DNA of 30,869 nucleotides, from NCBI GenBank assembly GCA_040256005.1, contig JBDZWC010000022.1:1-30869 (forward strand), read 5' to 3'. A program made the translations under genes and the position numbers. Under the pieces are notes generated by a model that searched no databases, was not told the origin of the DNA, and worked only from the letters and a program-made list of their open reading frames with translations. Each line of letters starts with the position of its first letter. Position 1 is the first letter of the stretch. Below, piece by piece: positions 1-9,373 of this stretch. Origin of the DNA: Deinococcaceae bacterium. GTDB taxonomy: Bacteria; Deinococcota; Deinococci; Deinococcales; Trueperaceae.

Positions 1-1
1 G

Positions 2-559
2 CTGGTAGGTGGCGCCGACGGGCAGGTCGATCGCCACGCGCGTCACCCCGCCGCTGACGCCCACGCGTGGCGGGGCCAGCATGTGACCGAGCAGGTCGAC
101 CGTCTCGATCGTCACCAATTTCGCGCCGGGGTCCCAGTCGCTCTGGCCCTCGAAAGCCGTGACCAGGGGCGTGATGGGCACGTAGGAGACTCCGTCCACG
201 AGGATCGCCATGGGGCTCTCCAACGTGTTGGAGCCCCGGAGCGGCGGGTCCAGCTTGACGATGCCGGGACGCTTCACCAAGCCGGCCTCGACGTCCGCCG
301 TGGCCTCGAAGGTCACGGTCCGGTAGCCGTCGGTGAACCGGAGCAGCTTGGCCTCCCCCAGGTACTGGATGCTGAGGTCCATCGCTTCCGCCAGCGTCGA
401 GGCGCGGGCGTAAGCGTTGGTGCTGTCGCCGTACGCGATGAAGTAGTAGGGGCCTGCCTCGACGAGCTCACCGTCGACGGCCAGGTAGTTGTAGCGCTGT
501 TGCGCGGTGGCCAGGCCGACGAGCAGCGCGAAGAGGACGGCTAGAACACGCTTGGACAC
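2..559 (-). CDS. Secreted cell-envelope protein, N-terminal part only (runs off the left edge); possibly an N-acetylmuramoyl-L-alanine amidase with stalk/AMIN-like N-terminal domains
   Basis: Not in the ORF track; translated by hand from GTG at 559: VSKRVLAVLFALLVGLATAQQRYNYLAVDG... (signal peptide), then ...PMAILVDGVSYVPITPLVTAFEGQSDWDPGAKLVTI (copper-amine-oxidase-N/stalk-like) and PRVGVSGGVTRVAIDLP (AMIN-like start). No stop before the window edge. The catalytic domain is not visible. Confidence 0.6.
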   Translation of the reverse strand, partial: MSKRVLAVLFALLVGLATAQQRYNYLAVDGELVEAGPYYFIAYGDSTNAYARASTLAEAMDLSIQYLGEAKLLRFTDGYRTVTFEATADVEAGLVKRPGIVKLDPPLRGSNTLESPMAILVDGVSYVPITPLVTAFEGQSDWDPGAKLVTIETVDLLGHMLAPPRVGVSGGVTRVAIDLPVGATYQ

Positions 560-680
560 GTCGCGGGCGAGTCTAGCATCGGCCCGCACGCGTCTCGCAT
601 GAGAGAGTTCGCTTCCAGCGGGGCGTTCTCGGGTTCTTGAGTCGTCATCCGTCCGGCATGGGCGCCAGGGGTACGGCCGC

Positions 681-686
681 TATCAT
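681..686 (+). promoter_or_regulatory. -10 box TATCAT, probable leaderless promoter
   Basis: TAnnnT located 6 nt before ATG 693. Confidence 0.5.
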
Positions 687-692
687 CGACGC

Positions 693-1574
693 ATGTCGCG
701 CCGCAGGCCAGGGGAGAGGATGCGCTCGGCACGGCTCTACCTCAGGTCCCTCAACGACGAGGTCCTCTCGGCCAGGCACTCGCAGGGGGCGCGCACGCGG
801 ACCGCTCACCTGCTTGGCTTCCTGGTGCCGCTCCAGGCCGCCGCCCGGGACGTCCTGGCGCCCTCCGGCGAGGTGTCGCTCCTCGTGGCGGGCACGCGCG
901 ACTGGCAGCTCATCTGCAGCTACCCGTACGGTCTGCCCTTCACGCGCAACGTGCCGGGCGGCTCCGTGATCGTGGCGGCTGCCGACTACCCCGAGCGCAT
1001 GACCCGCCGCTTCGACGACCTGTTCCTGACGGCCGGCAAGGCCGGCGTATCACCCGGCCACGTCAGCGAGTTCCTCGACCTCATCGTGGGTCACGAGTGG
1101 GGCCACGCCGTCGCCAACCAGTCCGGTCTGCGCACCATGGTCAGGTGGCTCGACGAGTTCATGGCCACGTACCTGTTCGTACAGGCGCTCCTGTCGACGG
1201 GCGGCACGGCCGGCGAGACGCTCCTCTCCAAGTGGGCCGACGTCCAGGTGGCGGCCACCGCGGAGCTCAGGGCCGCGCTCGACGAGTTCGAGTACCCGCG
1301 GGGCCGCATGGGGTTGCCGCAGATGCTGTGGTTCCAGGGCACGTTCATGCGGCGAGCGCTGGAGCTGGCCCCGCAGCGGGGGTGGGACCTGGTGCTGGCT
1401 CTCAGGTCGGCGCTGCCCGACGTGGGTGGGCCCGGAGCGTCACGTCACAGGGGGGACGTCGCCCGCGCTCTGATAGAGGTGGAGCGGAGCTTCAGGCAGT
1501 GGTTCGCGGTCTTCGGGGAGGAGCCGCCGGCCGACCCGTTGGACGTCGAGCGGGCCGCGGGTGTGCTCGAGTGA
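693..1574 (+). CDS. Putative zinc metallopeptidase (HExxH, gluzincin-like)
   Basis: GHEWGH motif followed by WLDEFMATY (candidate third ligand Glu). Start is 693 (leaderless -10) or 720 (GGAGAGG SD). Confidence 0.6.
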   Translation: MSRRRPGERMRSARLYLRSLNDEVLSARHSQGARTRTAHLLGFLVPLQAAARDVLAPSGEVSLLVAGTRDWQLICSYPYGLPFTRNVPGGSVIVAAADYPERMTRRFDDLFLTAGKAGVSPGHVSEFLDLIVGHEWGHAVANQSGLRTMVRWLDEFMATYLFVQALLSTGGTAGETLLSKWADVQVAATAELRAALDEFEYPRGRMGLPQMLWFQGTFMRRALELAPQRGWDLVLALRSALPDVGGPGASRHRGDVARALIEVERSFRQWFAVFGEEPPADPLDVERAAGVLE

Positions 1575-1604
1575 CGGCAGGGCTTCAGCGCGGCCGAGGC
1601 GGGC

Positions 1605-3713
1605 TCAGGCCGGCGCCGGCGCGGCCTCTCGCAGCTGGTCCAGCAGCGGGTCCAGGTCCCGCCGCACCTCTTCCGGGCAGGCGGCGACGGCGGCCTCGGC
1701 GCGTTCCAGGGCCTCTGCGAGCCGCGCCTGGTCGCCTAGCAGCGTCGCGGCCTGCAGGTAGGCGAGCGCCCCCTGGGCCAGGGTCACTACGGGCACCGGC
1801 TGGCCGAGCGTGCGATCGAAGAGGGCGAAGCAGCGAGCGGCGTCGCTCTCGGCCAGGGCGTGCTCGGCGGCCGTCAGGTAGTGGTCGAACGCCGAGTCCG
1901 GCGACCCGCCGTGCTGGAAGTGCTCGGCCGTGAGCTCGGCCAGGGAGAGAGGCGCGTGCAGCTCGAGCCACGTCGCTATGCGCAGGTGGAGGTGAGGGCG
2001 GTCGCCGTACGGCACCATGCGCAGCACGGCGTTGCGCAAGAGCTCGCTCTGGAAGCGGTACTCCACCTGGTCGGGTATGAGCGACCGCGATTGCTTGACC
2101 AGCAGGTTCTCGTTGACCAGCGTGCGGATCTCGGCGACGTCGGCCCCCGAGAGCTCGCGCAGCAGCCCCTCCCAGCACTTCTCGCCCACCAGCGCAGCCT
2201 GGGCGAGCAGGCGGCGGGGCCTTAGCTCGAGCATGTCGAGGCGTGACTGCAGCAGCGAAGCGAGCGAGCCGGAGAACGAGTCCTCCTGCGTGATGGACAG
2301 CGCCCTGCCCAGCTCCAGCACGTAGGCCGGCACGCCGCCCACCTGCTGCACCAGGCTGTCGGCGGCCAGCCGCAGCGCCGGGCTCACGACCTCGCCCAGC
2401 AGCGCCATGCTCTCTTCGAACGACAGCGGCGGCAGGTGGATGGCGTCGGCGCCCTCGGGCAACGTGCGCGCCCGGCTGCTGCGCAGGATCAGCACCGGGG
2501 CCGCGGCCGACTTGAGCAGCTCGAGGAACTGCAGCAGCTGCCTGTCCCGCGGCTCACCTTCGACGGCCAGGATCAAGGCTCCGGGACGGCCCTGCGTGCC
2601 GGGCAGGCGCGCCATGAGGTCGCGCCACGCCAGGCTGGTGCGGTCCACGCGGCGTCGCTCCAGACGGGTCCACGTCTTGAGAGGCGCCAGGTCGATACTG
2701 CCGAGCACCGCGTTGTGCGCGCGGTTGTCGCCGGGCAGGGCGGCGTCCAGGACCGCCCTAGCCTGCTGGACCGCCTGTTCCTCCTCCTGGCCGGGACGGA
2801 TGCCGAACACCTGGCGCGCCAATGGGTCCCAGGAGAACTCGGAGGCCGGCGTCAGCTCGAGCCACAGCGTGATCGCCCGGTCCTGCGCCCGCGCCAGGAA
2901 CTCGCGCAGGAGCCGCGTCTTGCCACGACCCGCCTCGCCCGCCACCCACAGCTCGGTGGCGTTGCCGGTGGCGCTGACCATGTCGAGAGCCGCGGAGAGG
3001 CGCAGCAGCTCGTCCTCCCGCCCCACGAAGCTGAGGTGGGCGAACGGGTCCGCCTCCGGCTGAGACGGGGGCGCTACCAGCCGGTAGGCCTCGCGCACCG
3101 CGGGGAAGCCGTTCAGCTCGATCTCGCCCGTGGGTTCGTAGAAGAGGCGGTGCCGCGTGGCCTCGTACGTCTCGGGGCCCACCCAGACCTCGTCGGGCCC
3201 CGCCGCCTCCTCCAGGCGCGACGCGAGGTTCACGGCGCTGCCCATGACGGTGTAGTTGCGGACCTTCCCGGAGCCTATGGCCCCGGCGATCACGATGCCG
3301 GTGTTGACGCCGGCGCGCCCCGATAGCGAGCGGCCGCGCTGCCTACCCGTCTCCCTGATCACCTCGAGGGCCTTGGCAGCCGCCAGGACGGCCCGCTGCG
3401 GGTCGTCCGGGTGGGAGTGCGGAGCGCCGAACAAGGCGATGAGGCCGTCGCCGCGGAACGAGTCGACGTAGCCGTCGAAGTCCTCGACCACCCCGGCCAC
3501 AGCCGTCAGGACGCTGTCGGCCAGGTCGCGGACCTCCTCCGGGTCGAGCCCCCTCGTCATGGAGCTGAAGGCTACGAGGTCGACGAACAGCACGCTCACC
3601 TTGCGGCGCTCCCTGCCCGTCAGCTGACGGGCGAGAGGGCTGCCGCACATGCCGCAGAAGCGGTTGCCCTCTGGGTTGTCGTTGCCGCAGGTAGTGCAGG
3701 TCACCTTACTCAC
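1605..3713 (-). CDS. Zinc-ribbon + class III nucleotide cyclase + P-loop ATPase + TPR-like protein
   Basis: CTTC..FCGMC ribbon; VLFVDLVAFS, FRGDGL and YTVMGSAVNLASRL cyclase motifs; FVGREDEL and GEAGRGKT Walker A; helical C-terminus. Confidence 0.9.
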   Translation of the reverse strand: MSKVTCTTCGNDNPEGNRFCGMCGSPLARQLTGRERRKVSVLFVDLVAFSSMTRGLDPEEVRDLADSVLTAVAGVVEDFDGYVDSFRGDGLIALFGAPHSHPDDPQRAVLAAAKALEVIRETGRQRGRSLSGRAGVNTGIVIAGAIGSGKVRNYTVMGSAVNLASRLEEAAGPDEVWVGPETYEATRHRLFYEPTGEIELNGFPAVREAYRLVAPPSQPEADPFAHLSFVGREDELLRLSAALDMVSATGNATELWVAGEAGRGKTRLLREFLARAQDRAITLWLELTPASEFSWDPLARQVFGIRPGQEEEQAVQQARAVLDAALPGDNRAHNAVLGSIDLAPLKTWTRLERRRVDRTSLAWRDLMARLPGTQGRPGALILAVEGEPRDRQLLQFLELLKSAAAPVLILRSSRARTLPEGADAIHLPPLSFEESMALLGEVVSPALRLAADSLVQQVGGVPAYVLELGRALSITQEDSFSGSLASLLQSRLDMLELRPRRLLAQAALVGEKCWEGLLRELSGADVAEIRTLVNENLLVKQSRSLIPDQVEYRFQSELLRNAVLRMVPYGDRPHLHLRIATWLELHAPLSLAELTAEHFQHGGSPDSAFDHYLTAAEHALAESDAARCFALFDRTLGQPVPVVTLAQGALAYLQAATLLGDQARLAEALERAEAAVAACPEEVRRDLDPLLDQLREAAPAPA

Positions 3714-5045
3714 TCACCAGCCGAGCATCGGAGCCGGGTCGACGTACGTGTACGCACCGTCCCCCGCCGCGCGCCGCACGTAGAAGTGCAGCGTGTCGTT
3801 GTGGACCAACGTGCCGCCTCCAAGGTAGCCGAGTAGCTGGCCCTGTGCCACTACCTGCAGCTCCTCGACCACCGGCGGCCTGAGGTTCACGTAGACGCTG
3901 GTCATGCCCCCGCCGTGGTCGACGGCGACCAGGTAGCCCAGGTTCGCGCCCAGGTAGTTCGTCACCTGCACGACGCCGGGGGCCACGCTGTAGACGGCGG
4001 CGTTGGCTGCCCCCGCCTCGAGCTCGAGGTACGAGTTGTTGGCGGCGCCGAAGCGCGTCACGAGCCGGGCCCCGTCGAGCGGCCGCACGAAGCCCGTGTT
4101 CAGCGGCTCGAGCGCCTCCCTCAAGGCGTTCAGCTGGTCGGCCGCCTGCTCCGCCTGACGTTCCGCGGCCAGACGGCGCTCGCGGTCCTGCGCGGCCCTG
4201 GCTGCCTCGGCGCGCGCCGCCGCCTCGGCGGCGCGCAGCCGGTCCATCTCGGCTTCCAGCGCCGAGTCGAGGTCGCTGAGGCTGGCCTCGATGCGCTGCT
4301 GCTCCTCCAACAGGTCCGCTTGCAGCGCCAACTGACCCTGGCGCGTCGACTCGAGGTCGGCGACGATCGCGTTCAAGCGTTCTTGCGCCGCCTGCAGCTC
4401 CGCCTCGGCCGCGGCGAGCTGGGCCTCGGCGTCCCGCAGCGCTGCCTGCTGGTCGGCGAGGCTCTGGCGTTCCATCTGCAGGGCGAAGAGCAGCGAGTCG
4501 AGCTCGCCGATCACGTCCGCGTCCTGAGAGGAGAGCAGCGACACGTAGTGGTTCCTGACCCTCAGGTCCGAGAAGCTCTGGCTGCGCGACAGCGTGAACA
4601 GGGCCGGCGAGCCGCGCTGCTTGTAGAGGGTCACCAGCAGCTCGCTCACCCGCTCGTGCATGGCGCCGAGTCGCACCTCGAGGTCGGCGATGCGCGCCTC
4701 CGTCGCCAGGCGCTCCTCCTCGAGGACCGCGATCTGGCCCACGATCGCCTCGCGCTCACGGCCGCGTTCGGCCAGCTCCGCGCTGACCTGGTTGCGCTCG
4801 GCGATGCGTTGCTGTAGCTGCGCCGAGGTAGCGCCGAGAGCCGCCTCGATATCCGCCAGCTCCTGGCGCCGGGCTGCCTGCAGCTGCTCGTAGCGCTCGA
4901 TGTCACCTTCCAGCTGACGCCTGGCCTCGGAATCGAGGACGACCTGGCTCGTCGCTGCGGAACCGATGAGCAGGCAGGCGGCGAGCAGCACGCGGGCATG
5001 GCGCCGCCACGCGGCACCGGGTCGCGCGCCCCGCCGCCGGTTCAC
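3714..5045 (-). CDS. envC: EnvC-like murein hydrolase activator (coiled coil + degenerate M23 domain)
   Basis: Signal peptide, long coiled coil, C-terminal M23 fold (VAVDHGGGMTSVYVNL, LHFYV) lacking the HxxxD and HxH zinc ligands; directly downstream of ftsX with a GTGA overlap. Confidence 0.75.
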   Translation of the reverse strand: MNRRRGARPGAAWRRHARVLLAACLLIGSAATSQVVLDSEARRQLEGDIERYEQLQAARRQELADIEAALGATSAQLQQRIAERNQVSAELAERGREREAIVGQIAVLEEERLATEARIADLEVRLGAMHERVSELLVTLYKQRGSPALFTLSRSQSFSDLRVRNHYVSLLSSQDADVIGELDSLLFALQMERQSLADQQAALRDAEAQLAAAEAELQAAQERLNAIVADLESTRQGQLALQADLLEEQQRIEASLSDLDSALEAEMDRLRAAEAAARAEAARAAQDRERRLAAERQAEQAADQLNALREALEPLNTGFVRPLDGARLVTRFGAANNSYLELEAGAANAAVYSVAPGVVQVTNYLGANLGYLVAVDHGGGMTSVYVNLRPPVVEELQVVAQGQLLGYLGGGTLVHNDTLHFYVRRAAGDGAYTYVDPAPMLGW

Positions 5046-5902
5046 GTCTGTTCCCTCAGGAACTGGGAGAGGCCGATCGCGCTGCCCACGAAACCGACCA
5101 GCACCGCCAGCGCCGCCAGCGCGCCGGCGATCCAGCCGAGCAGGGCGGCGTCACGCACGAACGGGACGAACGTGAACTGCTCCGAGAGGCGCGCGACGCC
5201 GAACTGGTAGCCGGGGATGACCAGGCCGAGCGAGATCGTGGCGCTGATGAGGCCGAGGAGCACGCCTTCGATCAGGAACGGCGAACGGATGAACCGGCGG
5301 CTGGCGCCGACCAGGCGCATGACGTCTATCTCCTCGCGCCGGGCGGTGATGGCCGCTCTGATGGAGTTCACGATCGCGAAGAGCGCCGCGGACAGCAACA
5401 CGACGACGAGGATCGAGCCGCCCACGCGCAGCGCGTCGTAGACGGCCAGGAACGTGTCGACAGCCTGGCTCGAGTCGTCGACCTCGTCGACGCCGGGCAG
5501 CTGCTCGAGCCGGAAGCGCACCGTGCCGGTCAGCGAGGGGTCGAAGAGCTGGACCAGGAGCGTGTCGGGCAGAGGGTTCTCGACGAACGAGGCCGCCCTG
5601 GCCAGGGCGGGCAGGTCGGACACCAGGTCGGCGAGCGCCTGGTCGGCCCGCACGTACTCCACCCCTTGCACCTCGGGCCATGCCCTGACGGTGGCGATGA
5701 GTTGCTCGTCGTTGGCGTCCTGGCCGAGGTAGACGGCCACCTCGAGCTCCCCCTGGAGGGTGGTGAGGACCTGGCTGAGGTTGGCGCTGACGAGGCTCAA
5801 GGCGGCGAGCATGGTGAGCGAGAGCGTCATGGTGGTGATGGTGGAGACGCTCGCCACCCAGTTCGCCCGGATGGCGCGCATGGCCTGCGCCAGCGCGTAC
5901 AT
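5042..5902 (-). CDS. ftsX: Cell division permease FtsX
   Basis: NPLPD and RREEIDVMRLVGASRRFIRSPFLIEG motifs, four TM segments; ATG 5902 overlaps the upstream TGA (TGATG). Confidence 0.92.
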   Translation of the reverse strand: MYALAQAMRAIRANWVASVSTITTMTLSLTMLAALSLVSANLSQVLTTLQGELEVAVYLGQDANDEQLIATVRAWPEVQGVEYVRADQALADLVSDLPALARAASFVENPLPDTLLVQLFDPSLTGTVRFRLEQLPGVDEVDDSSQAVDTFLAVYDALRVGGSILVVVLLSAALFAIVNSIRAAITARREEIDVMRLVGASRRFIRSPFLIEGVLLGLISATISLGLVIPGYQFGVARLSEQFTFVPFVRDAALLGWIAGALAALAVLVGFVGSAIGLSQFLREQT

Positions 5903-6903
5903 CAAGCCGCAGTGTACGCCGCTACGACCGCATCGGTGAACTGCTCGGTGCCGGCGTCGCCGCCCAGGTCGCGGGTCACCGGTCCGTCAGCCAGCACCGT
6001 GTCTACGGCGGCGTCCATGCGCCTGGCCTCCGCGGTGAACCCCAGGTGGTCGAGCATCATGGCGGCCGTCAACATGGTGGCCGTCGGGTTGGCCACGCCC
6101 TGCCCGGCGATGTCAGGCGCGCTGCCGTGGACGGGCTCGAAGATCGCGTAGCGCTCACCCACGTTGGCGCTGGGCGCGACGCCGAGGCCGCCGGTCAGGC
6201 CCGCCATCAGGTCGGAGAGGATGTCGCCGAAGAGGTTCGTGGACACGAGCACGTCGAAGCTGCCTGGGTCGCGCACGAGCTTCATGGCGGCGGCGTCGAC
6301 GATGACGTCGTAGGCCTCCACGTCCGGGTACTCCTCCTTGGCGACAGACATGACGGTCTCGAGGAACAGGCCGGAGGTCAACGGCAACACGTTGGCCTTG
6401 TGTATCACCGCGACGCGTCCGCGCCGCTTGCGCGCCTGCTCCAACGCCACGCGCGCGATGCGCTGCGATGCCCTGCGGGTGACTACGGCGTCGGCGATCG
6501 CGAGGTCCCCATAGCGGCGCTCCTTCTCGACGTAGAGGCCCTCGGTGTTCTCCCTGACCATCAGCATGTCGATGCCGGGGATGCTGTTGGGGATGGCCCG
6601 CGAACGGGCCGGCCGGAGGTTCGAGAACAGGTCGAGCGTGCGGCGCATGTAGCGAATGGCGCCTTGGTGACCCTCGACCTTGTGCGACGGGCTCGTGAAC
6701 GCCCCGGCCAGCGTGGCGTCAGAGCTGGTGACCTTGGTCAACGTCTCGGCGGGCACGCTGGTGCCGGTCTTCTGGAACGTCGCCCAGCCGGCTTCTGCCT
6801 CGATGAACGTCAGATCGAGGCCCGTCGCCTCCAACAGGCGACGCGCGGCAGGGATCACCTCTTGCCCGATGCCGTCACCGGGGATGAGGCAGATTGTCGG
6901 CAT
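5902..6903 (-). CDS. hicd: Homoisocitrate/isocitrate dehydrogenase (beta-decarboxylating; alpha-aminoadipate lysine pathway)
   Basis: [32 protein letters not shown] and [13 protein letters not shown]; closely resembles Thermus thermophilus HICDH as I recall it; AGGAG SD. Confidence 0.85.
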   Translation of the reverse strand: MPTICLIPGDGIGQEVIPAARRLLEATGLDLTFIEAEAGWATFQKTGTSVPAETLTKVTSSDATLAGAFTSPSHKVEGHQGAIRYMRRTLDLFSNLRPARSRAIPNSIPGIDMLMVRENTEGLYVEKERRYGDLAIADAVVTRRASQRIARVALEQARKRRGRVAVIHKANVLPLTSGLFLETVMSVAKEEYPDVEAYDVIVDAAAMKLVRDPGSFDVLVSTNLFGDILSDLMAGLTGGLGVAPSANVGERYAIFEPVHGSAPDIAGQGVANPTATMLTAAMMLDHLGFTAEARRMDAAVDTVLADGPVTRDLGGDAGTEQFTDAVVAAYTAA

Positions 6904-7030
6904 GGGAACTCTCCTAGGTCGCGCCTAACATGCCCGCTCTAGCGGCGGGCCAGCCATAAGAAGGTAACACGCGGGCCGGGAGGCCCAAGCCGCTGTTAGG
7001 ATGGCCGCGACAGATGCCAGGAGCACCTTC

Positions 7031-7963
7031 GTGACCAGCCTCAGCGGCCACCTTACCGAGGGGGCGCTCCCCGACCTATTGCAGTACCTCTCCATGGCGC
7101 GGGCCTCCGGCTGCCTGCTGCTCAGGCACTCGCAGCGGCGCCAGGGCTACGTCTACTTCGAGTCCGGCCGCGTCGTGTTCGTCGACGCCAGGCCGCTCTA
7201 CGACCTGGCCGCCCTCACCCAGCTCCTGTCGTGGCGGGACGGCAGGTTCGCGTTCAGGTCGGGCGTGGCGGCACCGCGGAGGACGCTGGACGTCTCGACC
7301 GAGAACCTGCTGTTGCAGGCCACCCAGCGCGCCGACGAGGTGGCCGGCGAGGCAGTCGACCCGGACACGGTGTTGGCGGCCGTGCAGGGCGAGCCGCGGC
7401 CGCCCAGGCGCCGCCCGGCTCCCACCACGCTGACGCGGGACTCTCTGACCGACGATCCGTTCGGGCCGGTGCGCGTCCTCGGCGACGTCGGCGACGCCTA
7501 CCGCTCCGCCGTGGGCGGAGGCACCAACGGCGCCCCTGAGAGCGTCTCCTTGTCGCTGGCCGCCCTCCACCTGTGGCGACGCCTGGACGGTTCCAGCAGC
7601 CTGCGGGAGCTGGCCACGTCGGCCGGCCGCCCTGTCTCCGAGGTCGTCGCGGCGGGTGCCGAGCTGCTCGAGTCGGGCCTCGCACAGTACGTGTCCGTCG
7701 TGGTCGCCGACCCGCGCTTCGCGCTTGAGCTGGCGCGCGAGGCGGTCGACCTGCTGGGTCCAGTGGGTGAGATCGTGGTCGAGGACGCCCTCTACGAGCT
7801 GGGCATGAGCGCCGACTCCGTGCTGGTCGGGCGGGTCGATGAGCTGATCGAGGCGATCGAGGCCGCGTTCGGTGAACCCCATGCCAGATCGGAGTTCGTC
7901 AGGCGCGCCAACGAGCTCAAGGAGCTGTTCGCACTGGAGCCGCTGGCGCCGGGGAGGCTGTGA
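7031..7963 (+). CDS. DUF4388 (PatA-N-like) domain protein with winged-helix-like middle and helical C-terminal domain
   Basis: LSGHL..LPDLLQYL..SGCLLL..GYVYFESGRVV..LLSWRDGRFAF..LLL; LDGSSSLRELA; LLGPVGEIVVEDAL. AGGAG SD before GTG 7031; TAGGAT -10 at 6997-7002 overlaps the ORF-track ATG 7001. Confidence 0.8.
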   Translation: MTSLSGHLTEGALPDLLQYLSMARASGCLLLRHSQRRQGYVYFESGRVVFVDARPLYDLAALTQLLSWRDGRFAFRSGVAAPRRTLDVSTENLLLQATQRADEVAGEAVDPDTVLAAVQGEPRPPRRRPAPTTLTRDSLTDDPFGPVRVLGDVGDAYRSAVGGGTNGAPESVSLSLAALHLWRRLDGSSSLRELATSAGRPVSEVVAAGAELLESGLAQYVSVVVADPRFALELAREAVDLLGPVGEIVVEDALYELGMSADSVLVGRVDELIEAIEAAFGEPHARSEFVRRANELKELFALEPLAPGRL

Positions 7964-9366
7964 TGGACTACGTCGTCGTGGTTGTGGGGCCAGTTCCCGA
8001 GGACTTGACTGTCATCGCCGGTGTCGTCGCGCAGCGCTTCAAGATCTCGGAAGACCGGGCGTTGGCTCTGCTCCGTCGCGCCCCCGGCGCCGTCACCAAG
8101 GCCGTGCCGGAAGGCCAGGCCCGGACCGTCGCCGGCATCCTGGCCGAGGCAGGCCTCAGCGTCGAGCTCCGCGAGGGGAACGTCGACGGGCCTGTGGTGC
8201 CGCTGGTGTCGTCCGTGCCTGCGCCGCCCCCCCTTCCTGCCGACGCGCCCGGCCCGAGCCTCGGCGGGGGTAGCGCCGGGGAGGCCGACGAGGCAGGGAC
8301 CGCCGCGGAACCCAGTACCGAAGCAGGGCAAGAACGGCGCTTCGACCCGAGGGCCGAGGGACTGCGGGTCGACGCGGCGACCCCGCGCGAGGACGAGGGG
8401 ACGTCCGAACCGGCACACCAGGCCACTGCCGCCGCGGACGACAGGGTGACCCGCTCCACGCCGGTCCCACCGGCGGGTCGCACGACCACGACGCCTCCAC
8501 GGGACCCCATGAAGACGACGCTCACGCGCGAGCCGCCGGACCTCGACAGGCGCGGCCTGAGGCGTCGCATCGGCAGGGCCGCGACGCTGCCGGCCGTGCT
8601 CACCCTGCTGGCGGCTCTGCTGGTGCTCACGGTCACGCTGTTACCCGCTCTGAGGCGCCAGCAGTTCGAGCGCGCGCAGGGCACGGCGGCGGCGGTCGCC
8701 GCCACGATCGAAGGCCTGTCGGGCGGGCTGCCGCTGTCGTCTCCGCTCATACGCACTCAGCTCGCGCAGGTCGAGTCCCAGGTGGCCATGCGCCTGGCAG
8801 GTGGTGACCTCACGTTCCTCGCGGTGATCGGCGCGGACGGTCGCCCCTTGCTGGGTTGGGAGTCGGGCGCGGGCGCCCTCTCCCCGGAGACCCAGGCGGT
8901 GGTTCAGTCGGCGGCCCGCGCCGCGCCGGCGGCCGACGAGCCGCGCGACTGGCAGGCGTCACTGCGCAGCACGTGGGACACGTTGCTGGCCGTCGTCGGT
9001 GTGCGCGACGCGGCGCCCGTGGTTGCCGCCGCGCAGGTCGCGCGCGAGGGTCTGCCGCTCGGGAGCGTGGTGGTCGGCGTGGACGCCTCGGGGTTGCGCG
9101 TCGAGCTGGGCCGGGTGCTGCTTTCCTCGCTGCTGGTGGGGCTCATCCCGGTGCTGCTGGCCGTGCTGGCCGCGATGTCCCTCACCAGGGGCATCACCGA
9201 CGCGATCCGCTACCTGTTGGTCGCGACCGACCGCATCAGCCACGGCGACCTCGAGCAGCCCGTCGAGCTTCAGCGCGACGACGAGCTGGGGCAGATCGCC
9301 AGGGCCGTCGAGCGCATGCGCATCTCGCTGCGGGAGGGCATGGAGCGGCTGCGGCGCCGGCGGTAG
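7963..9366 (+). CDS. Membrane HAMP-domain protein with no C-terminal output domain
   Basis: Two TM segments flanking an extracytoplasmic region; HAMP (ITDAIRYLLVATDRISHGDLEQPV..DELGQIARAVERMR) ends the protein; TGATG coupling to the upstream gene. Confidence 0.8.
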   Translation: MDYVVVVVGPVPEDLTVIAGVVAQRFKISEDRALALLRRAPGAVTKAVPEGQARTVAGILAEAGLSVELREGNVDGPVVPLVSSVPAPPPLPADAPGPSLGGGSAGEADEAGTAAEPSTEAGQERRFDPRAEGLRVDAATPREDEGTSEPAHQATAAADDRVTRSTPVPPAGRTTTTPPRDPMKTTLTREPPDLDRRGLRRRIGRAATLPAVLTLLAALLVLTVTLLPALRRQQFERAQGTAAAVAATIEGLSGGLPLSSPLIRTQLAQVESQVAMRLAGGDLTFLAVIGADGRPLLGWESGAGALSPETQAVVQSAARAAPAADEPRDWQASLRSTWDTLLAVVGVRDAAPVVAAAQVAREGLPLGSVVVGVDASGLRVELGRVLLSSLLVGLIPVLLAVLAAMSLTRGITDAIRYLLVATDRISHGDLEQPVELQRDDELGQIARAVERMRISLREGMERLRRRR

Positions 9367-9373
9367 GGCCGGC

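Noticed and set aside
83..544. 153-aa plus-strand ORF
   Set aside because: Antisense to the minus-strand secreted protein, which has a signal peptide and recognisable domain patterns
3714..4100. Loss of zinc ligands in the M23 domain as a novelty
   Set aside because: Degenerate M23 domains are the known norm for EnvC-type activators
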